DNA of 64,000 nt from an uncultured Candidatus Saccharibacteria bacterium (GTDB lineage: Bacteria; Patescibacteriota; Minisyncoccia; Phycocordibacterales; UBA9973), in NCBI GenBank assembly GCA_964423445.1, contig CAYREQ010000001.1, positions 129,732-193,731 on the forward strand. Reading direction: 5' to 3'. Under the pieces are notes generated by a model that made no database searches, was not told where the DNA came from, and was given only the letters and a program-made list of their open reading frames with translations. Of this stretch, positions 49,595-58,736 are shown piece by piece. The position numbers were made by a program, and so were the translations under genes. Position 1 is the stretch's first letter. Every line of letters begins with the position of its first letter.

Positions 49595-50809
49595 TTAGGA
49601 ACTGACAAACTCTTGTCTTTTCCATTTATGTAAAATAAGAAAACCAATTATGGTAAATACTACCATAGCTCCTATTGCTATACGATAAGACAAAGCTCCT
49701 GTACCCATAGTCCAAATTATAACTCCCCATGTCAGTGGTCCAAACAAAGTAGCAAAACGCTCTGTGATTGTGTAAAAAGAAAATCCATAACCCATATTTT
49801 CTTTTGTCAGAATAGTCGTCAAATACGCACGAGAAGTTGTCCAAGCAGATCCAATTAGTAAGCCCATAAATGGGCTAAGTATAGCTGCTGTATAAAAATT
49901 CGGTGCTAATGCCAATAAAGGAATTGCAATAATCCAGCCAAATAAAATGAATTTTAAAGTTTTCAAAGCACCTATTTTATCACCTAACCATCCAGCAATA
50001 ATACTACCTATCGCTGACATCCCTAAAATAGCCATGAGTAGGATAGATTTTGTAGTATCTGGAGCATGAAAAACTCTTTCTAAATAAATAGAATAATTAT
50101 TACTTATAGTTAACAATGCGTCGTTATAAAAAAAGAAAGCCACTAACATCGGTGTAGCTGCAGAAGCTACAAAAAATGCAGTCATCTTTTGAATGAATGC
50201 TTTTATATCGTCTTTAGTGTGAGGAATACTTACTGAGTCTATTTGTTTCTCTGGTTCTTTAAAGAATACCATCATCGGAAGTGCCAAAATAAAGAAGACT
50301 GGTACAGATATAAATAAAGGAGTAATACGAGAACTTGCAAATGGTAGTGTAATTAAAATACCAACTACAAAACCTATAGAGTTCGCAAAATTTCCAAAAC
50401 CTGAAACCCTAGACTTATGGGCTTCGTCTGCTATGTCGTTCAACATTGGATTATAAAAAACAAAAGAAAGTTGGTAAAAATATTGACCAACTAAAAAGAA
50501 TAGAGCAACCAATAAAATATTACTATGAGTTACTGCTAAAATAGCTACTAACCCGTAAGAAACAAAAGTACCTATAGTAGAAATATTTAGCCAGTATTTT
50601 CTACCACCATACAAATCAGTACGAGCTGCAAGTATTGGAGCTGTAAATAAAAGAAAAATTGTAGTTATTGCGAAAATTGCATTGTACCAAAAATCTGACA
50701 GTCCTGCGTCAACAACAATCCATACCGCAAAGTATAAAACAAAATTTATATAAATTATAGAATTAGCAAAATCATACAAAGTCCAAAGAAAAATATTTCT
50801 TTTATTCAT
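49595..50809 (-). CDS. MFS transporter (Atg22/UMF1-like)
   Basis: WTLYDFANS, FYN..L and RVSGFG motifs; multi-TM hydrophobic profile. Confidence 0.9.
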   Translation of the reverse strand: MNKRNIFLWTLYDFANSIIYINFVLYFAVWIVVDAGLSDFWYNAIFAITTIFLLFTAPILAARTDLYGGRKYWLNISTIGTFVSYGLVAILAVTHSNILLVALFFLVGQYFYQLSFVFYNPMLNDIADEAHKSRVSGFGNFANSIGFVVGILITLPFASSRITPLFISVPVFFILALPMMVFFKEPEKQIDSVSIPHTKDDIKAFIQKMTAFFVASAATPMLVAFFFYNDALLTISNNYSIYLERVFHAPDTTKSILLMAILGMSAIGSIIAGWLGDKIGALKTLKFILFGWIIAIPLLALAPNFYTAAILSPFMGLLIGSAWTTSRAYLTTILTKENMGYGFSFYTITERFATLFGPLTWGVIIWTMGTGALSYRIAIGAMVVFTIIGFLILHKWKRQEFVSS

Positions 50810-50884
50810 GGTGCTTGGAGGCAGATTTGCACTGCCGACCCTTCCCTCTTCAGGGGAATGCTCTACTAACTGAGCTATCCAAGC
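50809..50884 (-). tRNA. tRNA-Phe (GAA) with encoded CCA
   Basis: GCTTGGATAGCTCAGTTAGTAGAGCATTCCCCT-GAA-GAGGGAAGGGTCGGCAGTGCAAATCTGCCTCCAAGCACCA cloverleaf. Confidence 0.93.
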
Positions 50885-50961
50885 ATGTATTTTATTATAA
50901 AAAAATAAACTAAAATTTAACTTACTAACACTGTATTTCTACTAAAACAGCTAACCAAACA

Positions 50962-51195
50962 TTACTTAAAATTATCTAATATACTTCCTGCTCCGCTGTA
51001 CACATCCATTAATTGAGTCAAATATGGCTGTATAACGTAGTAAGCTCCCACAGCAGAACCTATTATGAAAACCCAATACAAGATGCTCATAATGCGTTGT
51101 ATACGCATAGAACGTAGCATGGAGCGTAGCATCTTATTGTTATCTTCTTCTAGTTCAAGAGTTTGATCTAAAAGCTTTTTTGATTCTGGGTCCAT
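50962..51195 (-). CDS. Small single-TM hypothetical protein
   Basis: LELEEDNNKMLRSM...YYVIQPY ORF with an extended -10-like element 6 nt upstream. Confidence 0.8.
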   Translation of the reverse strand: MDPESKKLLDQTLELEEDNNKMLRSMLRSMRIQRIMSILYWVFIIGSAVGAYYVIQPYLTQLMDVYSGAGSILDNFK

Positions 51196-51248
51196 AGATA
51201 GATATTAACAAAAACAACTAGAAAAATCAAAGTCTTTCAAGTAAACCT

Positions 51249-51974
51249 TTATGATGTTTTTGATAGTTCTTTATTTTGATACATTTTAAAATCTGCACCT
51301 TTTATGATATCTTCAACACTTTTTTCTTCTCCTTGCATCAATGTCTCATAACCCATAGCCACAGAAAAAGGGACATCTCTACCGTCCACATCTACAGACA
51401 AATTTTCATTTACCTGCTTTTTTATTCTTTCAAATACACTTTCTAAAGTTCTCGGATTGTTATCATCTATAGACATTAATACCATAAACTCATCGCCTGC
51501 TCTAAAACGAAATATCAAATCATTCTTTTTGGTGGCTTCTTTTAGCCGATTAGACACATTGATTATAGCTTGAGTACCGACAGAGTGACTATTATTTAAA
51601 TCATTCAAGCTTTTCATGCCATTTATATCTAGAAATATCACCATGACAGATGACATCTTGTTTTTATTTTCTGGACTTGGATTATTTAATTTTTCTATCA
51701 AACCATCAATTTTAGATTTAAAAAAAGAATGATCTAGCACACCAGTAAGTGGGTCAATACCATCTCTCTTTTCCAGTTCTTCAGCGAGAAATGCTGAGAG
51801 TTTTGCAAATTGCTCCAGGTCTATTTTCTCATTTTTATAAAGTAAACGCAGATCTTCTACTCTACATCCACCAGCTTTTATTAAATCTTGGTAATCTTTA
51901 TATACAGCCCTACTCTCAGGTGAAGCCAGTCTAATTTCTGGTCCAGACTTAGGTCTAAAATCATTTTGTTCCAT
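51249..51974 (-). CDS. GGDEF-domain protein (AGDEF variant)
   Basis: DPLTG, DINGMKSLND, HSVG, RAGDEF and ADFKMYQNK motifs. Confidence 0.9.
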   Translation of the reverse strand: MEQNDFRPKSGPEIRLASPESRAVYKDYQDLIKAGGCRVEDLRLLYKNEKIDLEQFAKLSAFLAEELEKRDGIDPLTGVLDHSFFKSKIDGLIEKLNNPSPENKNKMSSVMVIFLDINGMKSLNDLNNSHSVGTQAIINVSNRLKEATKKNDLIFRFRAGDEFMVLMSIDDNNPRTLESVFERIKKQVNENLSVDVDGRDVPFSVAMGYETLMQGEEKSVEDIIKGADFKMYQNKELSKTS

Positions 51975-52013
51975 ATCAAAATATTAACATGGATAATCCA
52001 AAAAACAATGTAG

Positions 52014-52085
52014 TGCCCCCGGCACGAATCGAACGTACATCTATCCCTTAGGACGGGACTGTTCTATCCATTGAACTACGAGGGC
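52014..52085 (-). tRNA. tRNA-Arg (CCT)
   Basis: GCCCTCGTAGTTCAATGGATAGAACAGTCCCGT-CCT-AAGGGATAGATGTACGTTCGATTCGTGCCGGGGGCA cloverleaf. Confidence 0.95.
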
Positions 52086-52094
52086 ATGGTCTAT

Positions 52095-52328
52095 CTAAAG
52101 ACCAAGCAATTGGGCTATTTTAGGTTGATTAAAGCCAACAGTGAGCTCATCTCCAATGACGATAACAGGGACGCCCATCTGTCCACTCTTTTCTATCATT
52201 TCTTTCCTTTTTTCCAAATCACTTGCAACATTGTGTTCTGTATATGCTATATTCTTTTCTTTAAAAAACTCTTTGGCCATATGACAAAAATGGCATGTAG
52301 GTGTCGAATAAATTGTTACTTGTTGCAT
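52095..52328 (-). CDS. Glutaredoxin-like protein (NrdH/YruB type)
   Basis: YSTPTCHFC and GQMGVPVI..G motifs. Confidence 0.94.
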   Translation of the reverse strand: MQQVTIYSTPTCHFCHMAKEFFKEKNIAYTEHNVASDLEKRKEMIEKSGQMGVPVIVIGDELTVGFNQPKIAQLLGL

Positions 52329-52390
52329 ATTTTTATATTTTTTATCTTTTAATATCTTAATTATATCACACTTGTGAACTTCTCAAAATG

Positions 52391-52461
52391 TGCGGGATAC
52401 GAGAATCGAACTCATGTCTAATCCTTGGGAAGGACTCATTTTACCACTAAACTAATCCCGC
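52391..52461 (-). tRNA. tRNA-Gly (CCC)
   Basis: GCGGGATTAGTTTAGTGGTAAAATGAGTCCTT-CCC-AAGGATTAGACATGAGTTCGATTCTCGTATCCCGCA cloverleaf. Confidence 0.95.
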
Positions 52462-52826
52462 CAAAAAAATAAAAAAGAGAAAAACCCTTTTTCTTCTTCT
52501 TTGGTTTCAGTATTTTTATCTTTATCGTCTACTACTATGATTAGACCTTCCCCTTCTTTTACAACTGGAAATTTTTCTCTAATACTTTCTTCTATGCCAT
52601 TTGGGCTAGCCAATTTTTTGACATCATATTCGAATATTTCTTTTTTCTTTTGTAATTCGTTTAACCTATTCTCGGCTATTTTTCTATTCTCTCTAGTTGT
52701 CTGCATCCTGACCAAGACTCCGATTACACCCCAAGCAAAAAATAACAATATTATACCGAGCAGTATAAGCACTGGCCAAGATTCAAGTACATTTCTCCAT
52801 CTTTTTTTTTGTTGAAAATCTCTCAT
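52452..52826 (-). CDS. Septum formation initiator (FtsB/DivIC family)
   Basis: TM, coiled coil and IEESIREKFPVVKEGE motif; stop codon lies inside tRNA-Gly. Confidence 0.85.
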   Translation of the reverse strand: MRDFQQKKRWRNVLESWPVLILLGIILLFFAWGVIGVLVRMQTTRENRKIAENRLNELQKKKEIFEYDVKKLASPNGIEESIREKFPVVKEGEGLIIVVDDKDKNTETKEEEKGFFSFLFFWRD

Positions 52827-52847
52827 AAAATGCTATAATATGATTAT

Positions 52848-52955
52848 ATGCTTTTCAATAAAAAACATCAAAAGAAAATACAATACGCATGGGCAGTAGT
52901 CAGTATACTTATCATTTTTAGTATGATACTGCTCTACTCTCCATTTTTTAGATAA
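52848..52955 (+). CDS. 35-aa single-TM microprotein
   Basis: MLFNKKHQKKIQYAWAVVSILIIFSMILLYSPFFR; TGCTATAAT at 52831-52839; fills the intergenic gap. Confidence 0.7.
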   Translation: MLFNKKHQKKIQYAWAVVSILIIFSMILLYSPFFR

Positions 52956-52963
52956 TTTAAAAA

Positions 52964-54766
52964 TTATTTATCTCCACTACGCATCATCTTCAAGAACACA
53001 TCTTGGGATATGTTTACTTTTCCTTTTTCTTTCATCTTCTTCTTACCTTTCTTCTGCTTCTCACGAAGTTTCATCTTTCGAGTAATATCTCCACCATACA
53101 TATGCTGAGTCACATCTTTTTTCATACCAGATTTTGAGCGAGATGAAATAATGCGCCCCAGAGCTTTTCCTTGAATTTTCATAGAGAACATTTGTCTAGG
53201 TAAAAGCTTGTCCAATTTTTCTACTGTATTTTCTGCCTCTTCTTCTACTCTTCTCTTTGATATGACTCTAGAAAAAGCTGGCACTATCTCATCTGCTACC
53301 AAAATATCTAATCTGGTCACATTTGCCTCTCGCATTTCACCTATCTCATAAGATATAGAGCCGTAGCCAGAAGATGTGCTTTTTAATTCATCAAAAAAGT
53401 TACGCATCAATTCTCGGAGTGGTATCTTTACAGCAATAGAAGATCTAGTATCTCCAAAATTTTCTGTCTCACCTATCTCTGCTTCGTGATCAAAGAGCAA
53501 CTGCATTATATTCCCGATATATTCCACTGGGGTAATAATTTTTAAATTTACCCAAGGCTCAAAAACTTTATCGATAACACTGTCGTCTGGGAAAAAATGC
53601 GGAGAATATATTTTTTCTTTTTTACCATTTTTTAATAAAACCTCATATGTAATAGATGGAGTAGTGATAACTAAATCCAGATTAAATTCACGTTTTAATC
53701 TTTCAGTAATAATTTCCAAGTGTAGCATACCTAGAAAACCACAGCGGAAACCTTTACCAAGAGACCCTGAAGCTTCTTCTTCATAAGAAAAAGCTGAATC
53801 AGAAAGTTTTAATTTACCCAAAGCCAATTTTAATTCAGCAAAATCATCAGCATCCTCGGGAAAGACAGACGCCCAGACTACTGGCATTGGTTGCATATAT
53901 CCTGGGAATGCTGGCAATGGATTTTTATGCATAGTAATAGTATCTCCCACAGAAGCTATGCCTGGCTTTTTGATACCTGTGACTATGTATCCTGTGTCTC
54001 CTGCAGAAAGAAAATCGCGCGGAGTTTCTTCTGGAGAGAAAGTCCCTACTTCAAGTGAAGTAAATTTTTCTTTTGATACTCCAAAAAGTAAGCTCTCATT
54101 TTTTGAAACTTTTCCATCCAAGACACGAACAAAGACTATCACCCCTCTGTGGTTGGAATATTTAAAATCAAAGACTAGGGCACGTAAAATATTTTCTCCC
54201 TTGTGTTCTTCTTTTGGTTCTGGAATTTGTTTGATAACCTCTCGGAGAAGACTCTCCACCCCTTCTCCTGTCTTACCAGAAACCAATAATATTTCGTCTC
54301 TATCGCATTCTAAGAGTTCTGAAACTTCATCTTTTACTTCATCTACTCTGGCAAGCGGGGAATCAATTTTTGATAAAACAGGTATTATTTTAAGACCACT
54401 ATTTCGAGCTAGGGTAAGAGTGGTCAATGTCTGAGCTTGTACGCCTTGAGTCGAATCTACGAGCAATATAGAGCCTTCTACGGCCTTTAGAGCTCGAGAA
54501 ACTTCATATGAGAAGTCTATGTGCCCTGGTGTATCTATAAGGTTTAAAACATATTTTTGGCCATCCAAAGTGTGTTCCATGCGCACTGGTTGCATCTTTA
54601 TAGTGATACCTCTTTCACGCTCTAATTCCATAGTATCTAGCATTTGGTCACGCATTTTTCGCTCTGGTATGGTATGTGTAATTTCAAGCATTCTATCAGC
54701 CAAGGTACTCTTACCGTGGTCGATGTGGGCTATTATTGAAAAATTTCTTATGTGTTTTAAATCCAT
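52964..54766 (-). CDS. lepA: Translation elongation factor 4
   Basis: RNFSIIAHIDHGKSTLADR, GFRCGFLGMLH and YGGDITRK motifs. Confidence 0.98.
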   Translation of the reverse strand: MDLKHIRNFSIIAHIDHGKSTLADRMLEITHTIPERKMRDQMLDTMELERERGITIKMQPVRMEHTLDGQKYVLNLIDTPGHIDFSYEVSRALKAVEGSILLVDSTQGVQAQTLTTLTLARNSGLKIIPVLSKIDSPLARVDEVKDEVSELLECDRDEILLVSGKTGEGVESLLREVIKQIPEPKEEHKGENILRALVFDFKYSNHRGVIVFVRVLDGKVSKNESLLFGVSKEKFTSLEVGTFSPEETPRDFLSAGDTGYIVTGIKKPGIASVGDTITMHKNPLPAFPGYMQPMPVVWASVFPEDADDFAELKLALGKLKLSDSAFSYEEEASGSLGKGFRCGFLGMLHLEIITERLKREFNLDLVITTPSITYEVLLKNGKKEKIYSPHFFPDDSVIDKVFEPWVNLKIITPVEYIGNIMQLLFDHEAEIGETENFGDTRSSIAVKIPLRELMRNFFDELKSTSSGYGSISYEIGEMREANVTRLDILVADEIVPAFSRVISKRRVEEEAENTVEKLDKLLPRQMFSMKIQGKALGRIISSRSKSGMKKDVTQHMYGGDITRKMKLREKQKKGKKKMKEKGKVNISQDVFLKMMRSGDK

Positions 54767-54814
54767 TTATTCTATATTAGCAGAAAATCTATAAAATTTC
54801 AGCATAAATTAGTT

Positions 54815-54844
54815 ATGCCCGCCGAAACTGTGTTTCGGCGGGCA
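54815..54844. terminator. Perfect GC-rich hairpin downstream of the small orphan gene
   Basis: TGCCCGCCGAAAC-tgt-GTTTCGGCGGGCA, a 13-bp perfect stem with a weak U tract. Confidence 0.6.
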
Positions 54845-54857
54845 CTCTCCGTAAATA

Positions 54858-55061
54858 TCACGAAGTCTTATTTTTGGGTTTATTATCGACGTGTCGAAGT
54901 AGCCCAATGAGCGCACCCGCGATGGTAATTATAACGACACCGACTGCATCCACCCATAATGAGGGCTTTATTACCTCAGGTTGATTATCTCTCAACCAGT
55001 CGACAAAAAATATCCCCGCAATCAAACCGACAATTCCTCCAATTACGACATTTAAAATCAC
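54858..55061 (-). CDS. Small two-TM hypothetical protein
   Basis: Consensus SD AAAGGAGGTGA upstream of GTG at 55061; Gly-rich hydrophobic helices. Confidence 0.65.
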   Translation of the reverse strand: MILNVVIGGIVGLIAGIFFVDWLRDNQPEVIKPSLWVDAVGVVIITIAGALIGLLRHVDNKPKNKTS

Positions 55062-55244
55062 AGTCACCTCCTTTCTTAATTGTGATTAATATAATTCTCT
55101 GTATCAGTCATTGTAATGACCAAATAAAGAATGTAAACAGACCAAAATGGATTTAGCATCAAATCTTTTAAAGATTTCAACATGGAAAAGCCTCCAAAGA
55201 GCAAAATTCTACAAATACACAGTACAACTTTTTTTAAACTTTGT

Positions 55245-57002
55245 CTATTCCAAGAATCCACCAGTCTGGTGATTCCAAAGTTCGGCATACATACCACCTT
55301 TTTTTAATAATTCTTTATGATTACCCTCTTCTACTATATTTCCTTTATCCAAGACAATAATTCTATCCATTTTTTGAATTGTTGAGAGTCTGTGTGCTAT
55401 GACTATTGTAGTCTTACCTTTCATAAGCTCACTAAAAGCATCTTGTATATATTGTTCACTAATACTATCTAGTGAGCTAGTAGCTTCATCTAAAATTAAA
55501 ATTGGTGAATCTACAAGCATCACTCTAGCTATGGCTATACGCTGACGCTCACCACCTGAGAGTTTTACTCCTCTTTCTCCTACCATTGTGTCATAACCAT
55601 ACTTTAGATTTGATATAAATTCATGCGCATGAGCTCTTTTTGCGGCAGAAATAATTTCTGCCTCTGTGGCATCAGGTTTACCATAAGCTATATTTTCTCT
55701 AATAGTTCGATGAAAAAGCATCGGCTCTTGAGGTACGTACGATATTACATTTCGTAAATCATCTTGGGCCACATGGCGAATATCTTGATCATCAATTTTT
55801 ATACTACCAGAATTTACATCCAAAAATCTCAAGAGTAATTTAGTGATGGTGGACTTACCAGCACCAGAATGTCCTACTATACCTATCTTTTCTCCAGAAT
55901 TGATTTTTAAATTAAAATTATCAAAAACCTTTTTCTCAGCATCATAAAAGAAATCTACATTTTCAAAATTTATATTGCCAAGCTTCATTTTTGAAATTTC
56001 AGGTTCTTTTGGATCTAATATATCCGCCTTGGTTTCAAAAATATCTATAACCTCGTTCATGTCAGCAAAAGATTCCATAAATTTTGTAGTGGCTTTACCC
56101 AAATCCCAAAGACGGTCAAAAATTACAACCATATAAGTCTGTACTAATACCACAGTACCTGTGCTCAAAGTACCAGCAATCCATAATTTTATAACAAAAT
56201 AGAGAACTACTGCCTGTACTGTCACCATCATCCCACCCTGAAGAGCATCTTGTTTATTTTGAAAATACCATGATCTGTCTCTATATTTTTGTTCACTTGA
56301 AGTAACTTCTTTAAATAATTTTATTTCTCTTTTACCGGCTGAAAAAACTTTTAAGGCAAAAACGTTTGCAAAAACATCTGCGAGCCTACCTCCGACGCGT
56401 GAATCAGCTTCGGCTTTTGCAATGTCATAAGCCATTCTTTTTCTAATTACAAAAGAAACTATAACTAAATAAAATATTACCCAACCAAAAAATAACATAG
56501 CTATAGTAGGAACTTCTCTAAATAAGACGAAGAATACACCGATTAAAATAATCAAAGTGCTCCAAAAATTAAAGACGAGGGTGTCGTGCATGACCTCAAA
56601 AGCTCTTACAAATCTTCTAGACTTTGTAACCAGGCTTCCCACAAAACGATTTGAGAAAAATGAATAAGAATTATTTGTAATATTTACAAATGAATAATTT
56701 GCTAATTCTCGTATTAAATTTGTTTGAAAATATACAATAGAATAAGCCCCTGCCCTAGAAAGTAAATAATTTCCAAAAATTATGAGTATATTTATAAACA
56801 CAAGACCCATTAGTTCGCTTGTCATGGCTGACCTAGAAATATATGGATTTGAAATAAGGTCAATTATCTTTTTGAAGTAAACTGCGAGAAGTACAGAACT
56901 TAGAAAAAACCTAAGACCGTAAAAGAAAAAGGCCATAAAAAAAGACCATTTGTATTTCAATATTTGTGGCCAAATATGGCGAAGAATCTTTCTTACAAAC
57001 AT
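55245..57002 (-). CDS. ABC exporter, fused permease and ATPase
   Basis: TM domain plus GHSGAGKST, LSGGERQR and LDEATSSLD motifs. Confidence 0.95.
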   Translation of the reverse strand: MFVRKILRHIWPQILKYKWSFFMAFFFYGLRFFLSSVLLAVYFKKIIDLISNPYISRSAMTSELMGLVFINILIIFGNYLLSRAGAYSIVYFQTNLIRELANYSFVNITNNSYSFFSNRFVGSLVTKSRRFVRAFEVMHDTLVFNFWSTLIILIGVFFVLFREVPTIAMLFFGWVIFYLVIVSFVIRKRMAYDIAKAEADSRVGGRLADVFANVFALKVFSAGKREIKLFKEVTSSEQKYRDRSWYFQNKQDALQGGMMVTVQAVVLYFVIKLWIAGTLSTGTVVLVQTYMVVIFDRLWDLGKATTKFMESFADMNEVIDIFETKADILDPKEPEISKMKLGNINFENVDFFYDAEKKVFDNFNLKINSGEKIGIVGHSGAGKSTITKLLLRFLDVNSGSIKIDDQDIRHVAQDDLRNVISYVPQEPMLFHRTIRENIAYGKPDATEAEIISAAKRAHAHEFISNLKYGYDTMVGERGVKLSGGERQRIAIARVMLVDSPILILDEATSSLDSISEQYIQDAFSELMKGKTTIVIAHRLSTIQKMDRIIVLDKGNIVEEGNHKELLKKGGMYAELWNHQTGGFLE

Positions 57003-57042
57003 TTTTCTATTCTAGCAGAAAAAAGGTGAAAAAACCAAAGAT

Positions 57043-58731
57043 TTAAAGCTCTTCCTGAGAAGGAGCTAAAACTTTTGCCTTCCAGAACTTGGTATGTAAA
57101 GTATTTAAAACGTCTTTCAACTCTTCATTTTTTAACAAGTGTAGTACTAAAACAGCAGAAAATATTCCTAGAATTCCCGAGATAAAGCCTTGTAAAAATA
57201 CGCCCAAAAAAGTATTTGTGCCAAAAATTGGAGAAAGAATATTTAAACTCGTATACGCCACTAAGCCAAGGAAAAATGACGCGCCAAGGCTCTGGAAAAA
57301 TGTATTTGTTATAAAAGATTCCCCTTTCATAAAATCTCTGCGAACAAAAAACCAATACAATATTGCATTTAAAATAGTGCCAGTAGAGTATGCGAGAGGA
57401 AGCATCAATACTGTAGTGCCTTCTATGTCATTTACTTTCAAAAGTGACTCTATAAAATCACGGAAGAAAATCCAGTTCTCAAAAAGATGTATAAAAACAA
57501 AAGATAAAACTATAATCATACTTGAGCAAATAAAATTTATCACGAGTGGCCTGGTAGTATTCCCATTTGCATAATAAGCCCTAGAAAGTAGTGCTATCAT
57601 GCCTTGTGCTAATACTGATACAGAAAATATTGCGAGACACGCGGCGACCAATCTAGTATTTTCCCAAGAAAAAGAACCTGAGCCGAGTATCACACGGACT
57701 ATTTGCGCACGTACGACAATAAAAAGAAAAATAACTGGCAGTGACCAAAATACTATAGCTCGTGCTGCGGACTTTAAATGTTTTCTAAATTCTTCAATTT
57801 TCCCAGCAGAAATTGACTTGGTCAGAGTAGGAAAAGCTGCTACAGCATATGATACACCGATTATATTCAAAGGAACTGATTGCAGGTTTAATGAAAGATT
57901 AAAAATAGAAATAGATCCACCCTTCAAAAAAGAAGCGAGCGATATAATCGCTATTAAAGCTATGTTGTTAAAAGAAAGTCCCAATGTGCGAGGAAGAGAT
58001 GTCATGGCCACTCGTTTAATTTCTTTAAAGTTTATAGCAAAAATAGAAGAAGAAAACCTTGGAGCAAAACCACAACTATAAGAAGCTATAGCTTGTACAC
58101 TAAAATGCATAAGAGCTCCTAAGACCACCCCTAGAGCTAAGCCGTAAATACCAAAAATTGGATAGAAAAATATTACACCTGTGATTATACCAGTGTTGTA
58201 AAGAATTGGGCTAAGTGAATAAATAAAGAATTTACGAAAAAGCTGTGTGACTGTACCGAAAAGATTTGAAAGCCCCATCAGTATAGGAGAAAGTAGCATT
58301 ATTCTTGAAAGTATTATCAATTTATCTTGCATCTCTCCTGTAAAACCAGGAGCTATGATAGACACGAGTATGGGCATAAGGAAAAATATTATAGTAGAAA
58401 TCACTATAATTGAAAGAAAAAAAACTGTAAAAATATCATTTAGAAATTTTTGAGCTTTCAGAGTCACCTTGCCATCATCCATTTTTTCAACAATAAAAGG
58501 TATAAGTACTGTGATTGATGCTAGAGATGCGACAGAAATAAAAATTAAATCAGGTATACGAAAAGCCGCATAATAAGCATCCAGATTTGAAGAAGGACCT
58601 ATAAAATAAGCTATTGACCTATCACGAAATAGTGCCAATACCTGAGAAAGAAAGGCAAAGAAACCAAGTAAAAGTGCAGCCTGATTTACACTCCCATATT
58701 CTTTACTTAGAATTCTGAGAATCTTATTCAT
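57043..58731 (-). CDS. murJ: Lipid II flippase MurJ
   Basis: LDAYYAAFRIPD, AAFPTL and RAYYA..NT..P motifs. Confidence 0.93.
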   Translation of the reverse strand: MNKILRILSKEYGSVNQAALLLGFFAFLSQVLALFRDRSIAYFIGPSSNLDAYYAAFRIPDLIFISVASLASITVLIPFIVEKMDDGKVTLKAQKFLNDIFTVFFLSIIVISTIIFFLMPILVSIIAPGFTGEMQDKLIILSRIMLLSPILMGLSNLFGTVTQLFRKFFIYSLSPILYNTGIITGVIFFYPIFGIYGLALGVVLGALMHFSVQAIASYSCGFAPRFSSSIFAINFKEIKRVAMTSLPRTLGLSFNNIALIAIISLASFLKGGSISIFNLSLNLQSVPLNIIGVSYAVAAFPTLTKSISAGKIEEFRKHLKSAARAIVFWSLPVIFLFIVVRAQIVRVILGSGSFSWENTRLVAACLAIFSVSVLAQGMIALLSRAYYANGNTTRPLVINFICSSMIIVLSFVFIHLFENWIFFRDFIESLLKVNDIEGTTVLMLPLAYSTGTILNAILYWFFVRRDFMKGESFITNTFFQSLGASFFLGLVAYTSLNILSPIFGTNTFLGVFLQGFISGILGIFSAVLVLHLLKNEELKDVLNTLHTKFWKAKVLAPSQEEL

Positions 58732-58736
58732 TTTTA

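Noticed and set aside
55076-55297. 73-aa minus-strand ORF
   Set aside because: It overlaps the ABC exporter 3' end, has no motif or initiation signal, and is more likely the leader region of the small cassette.
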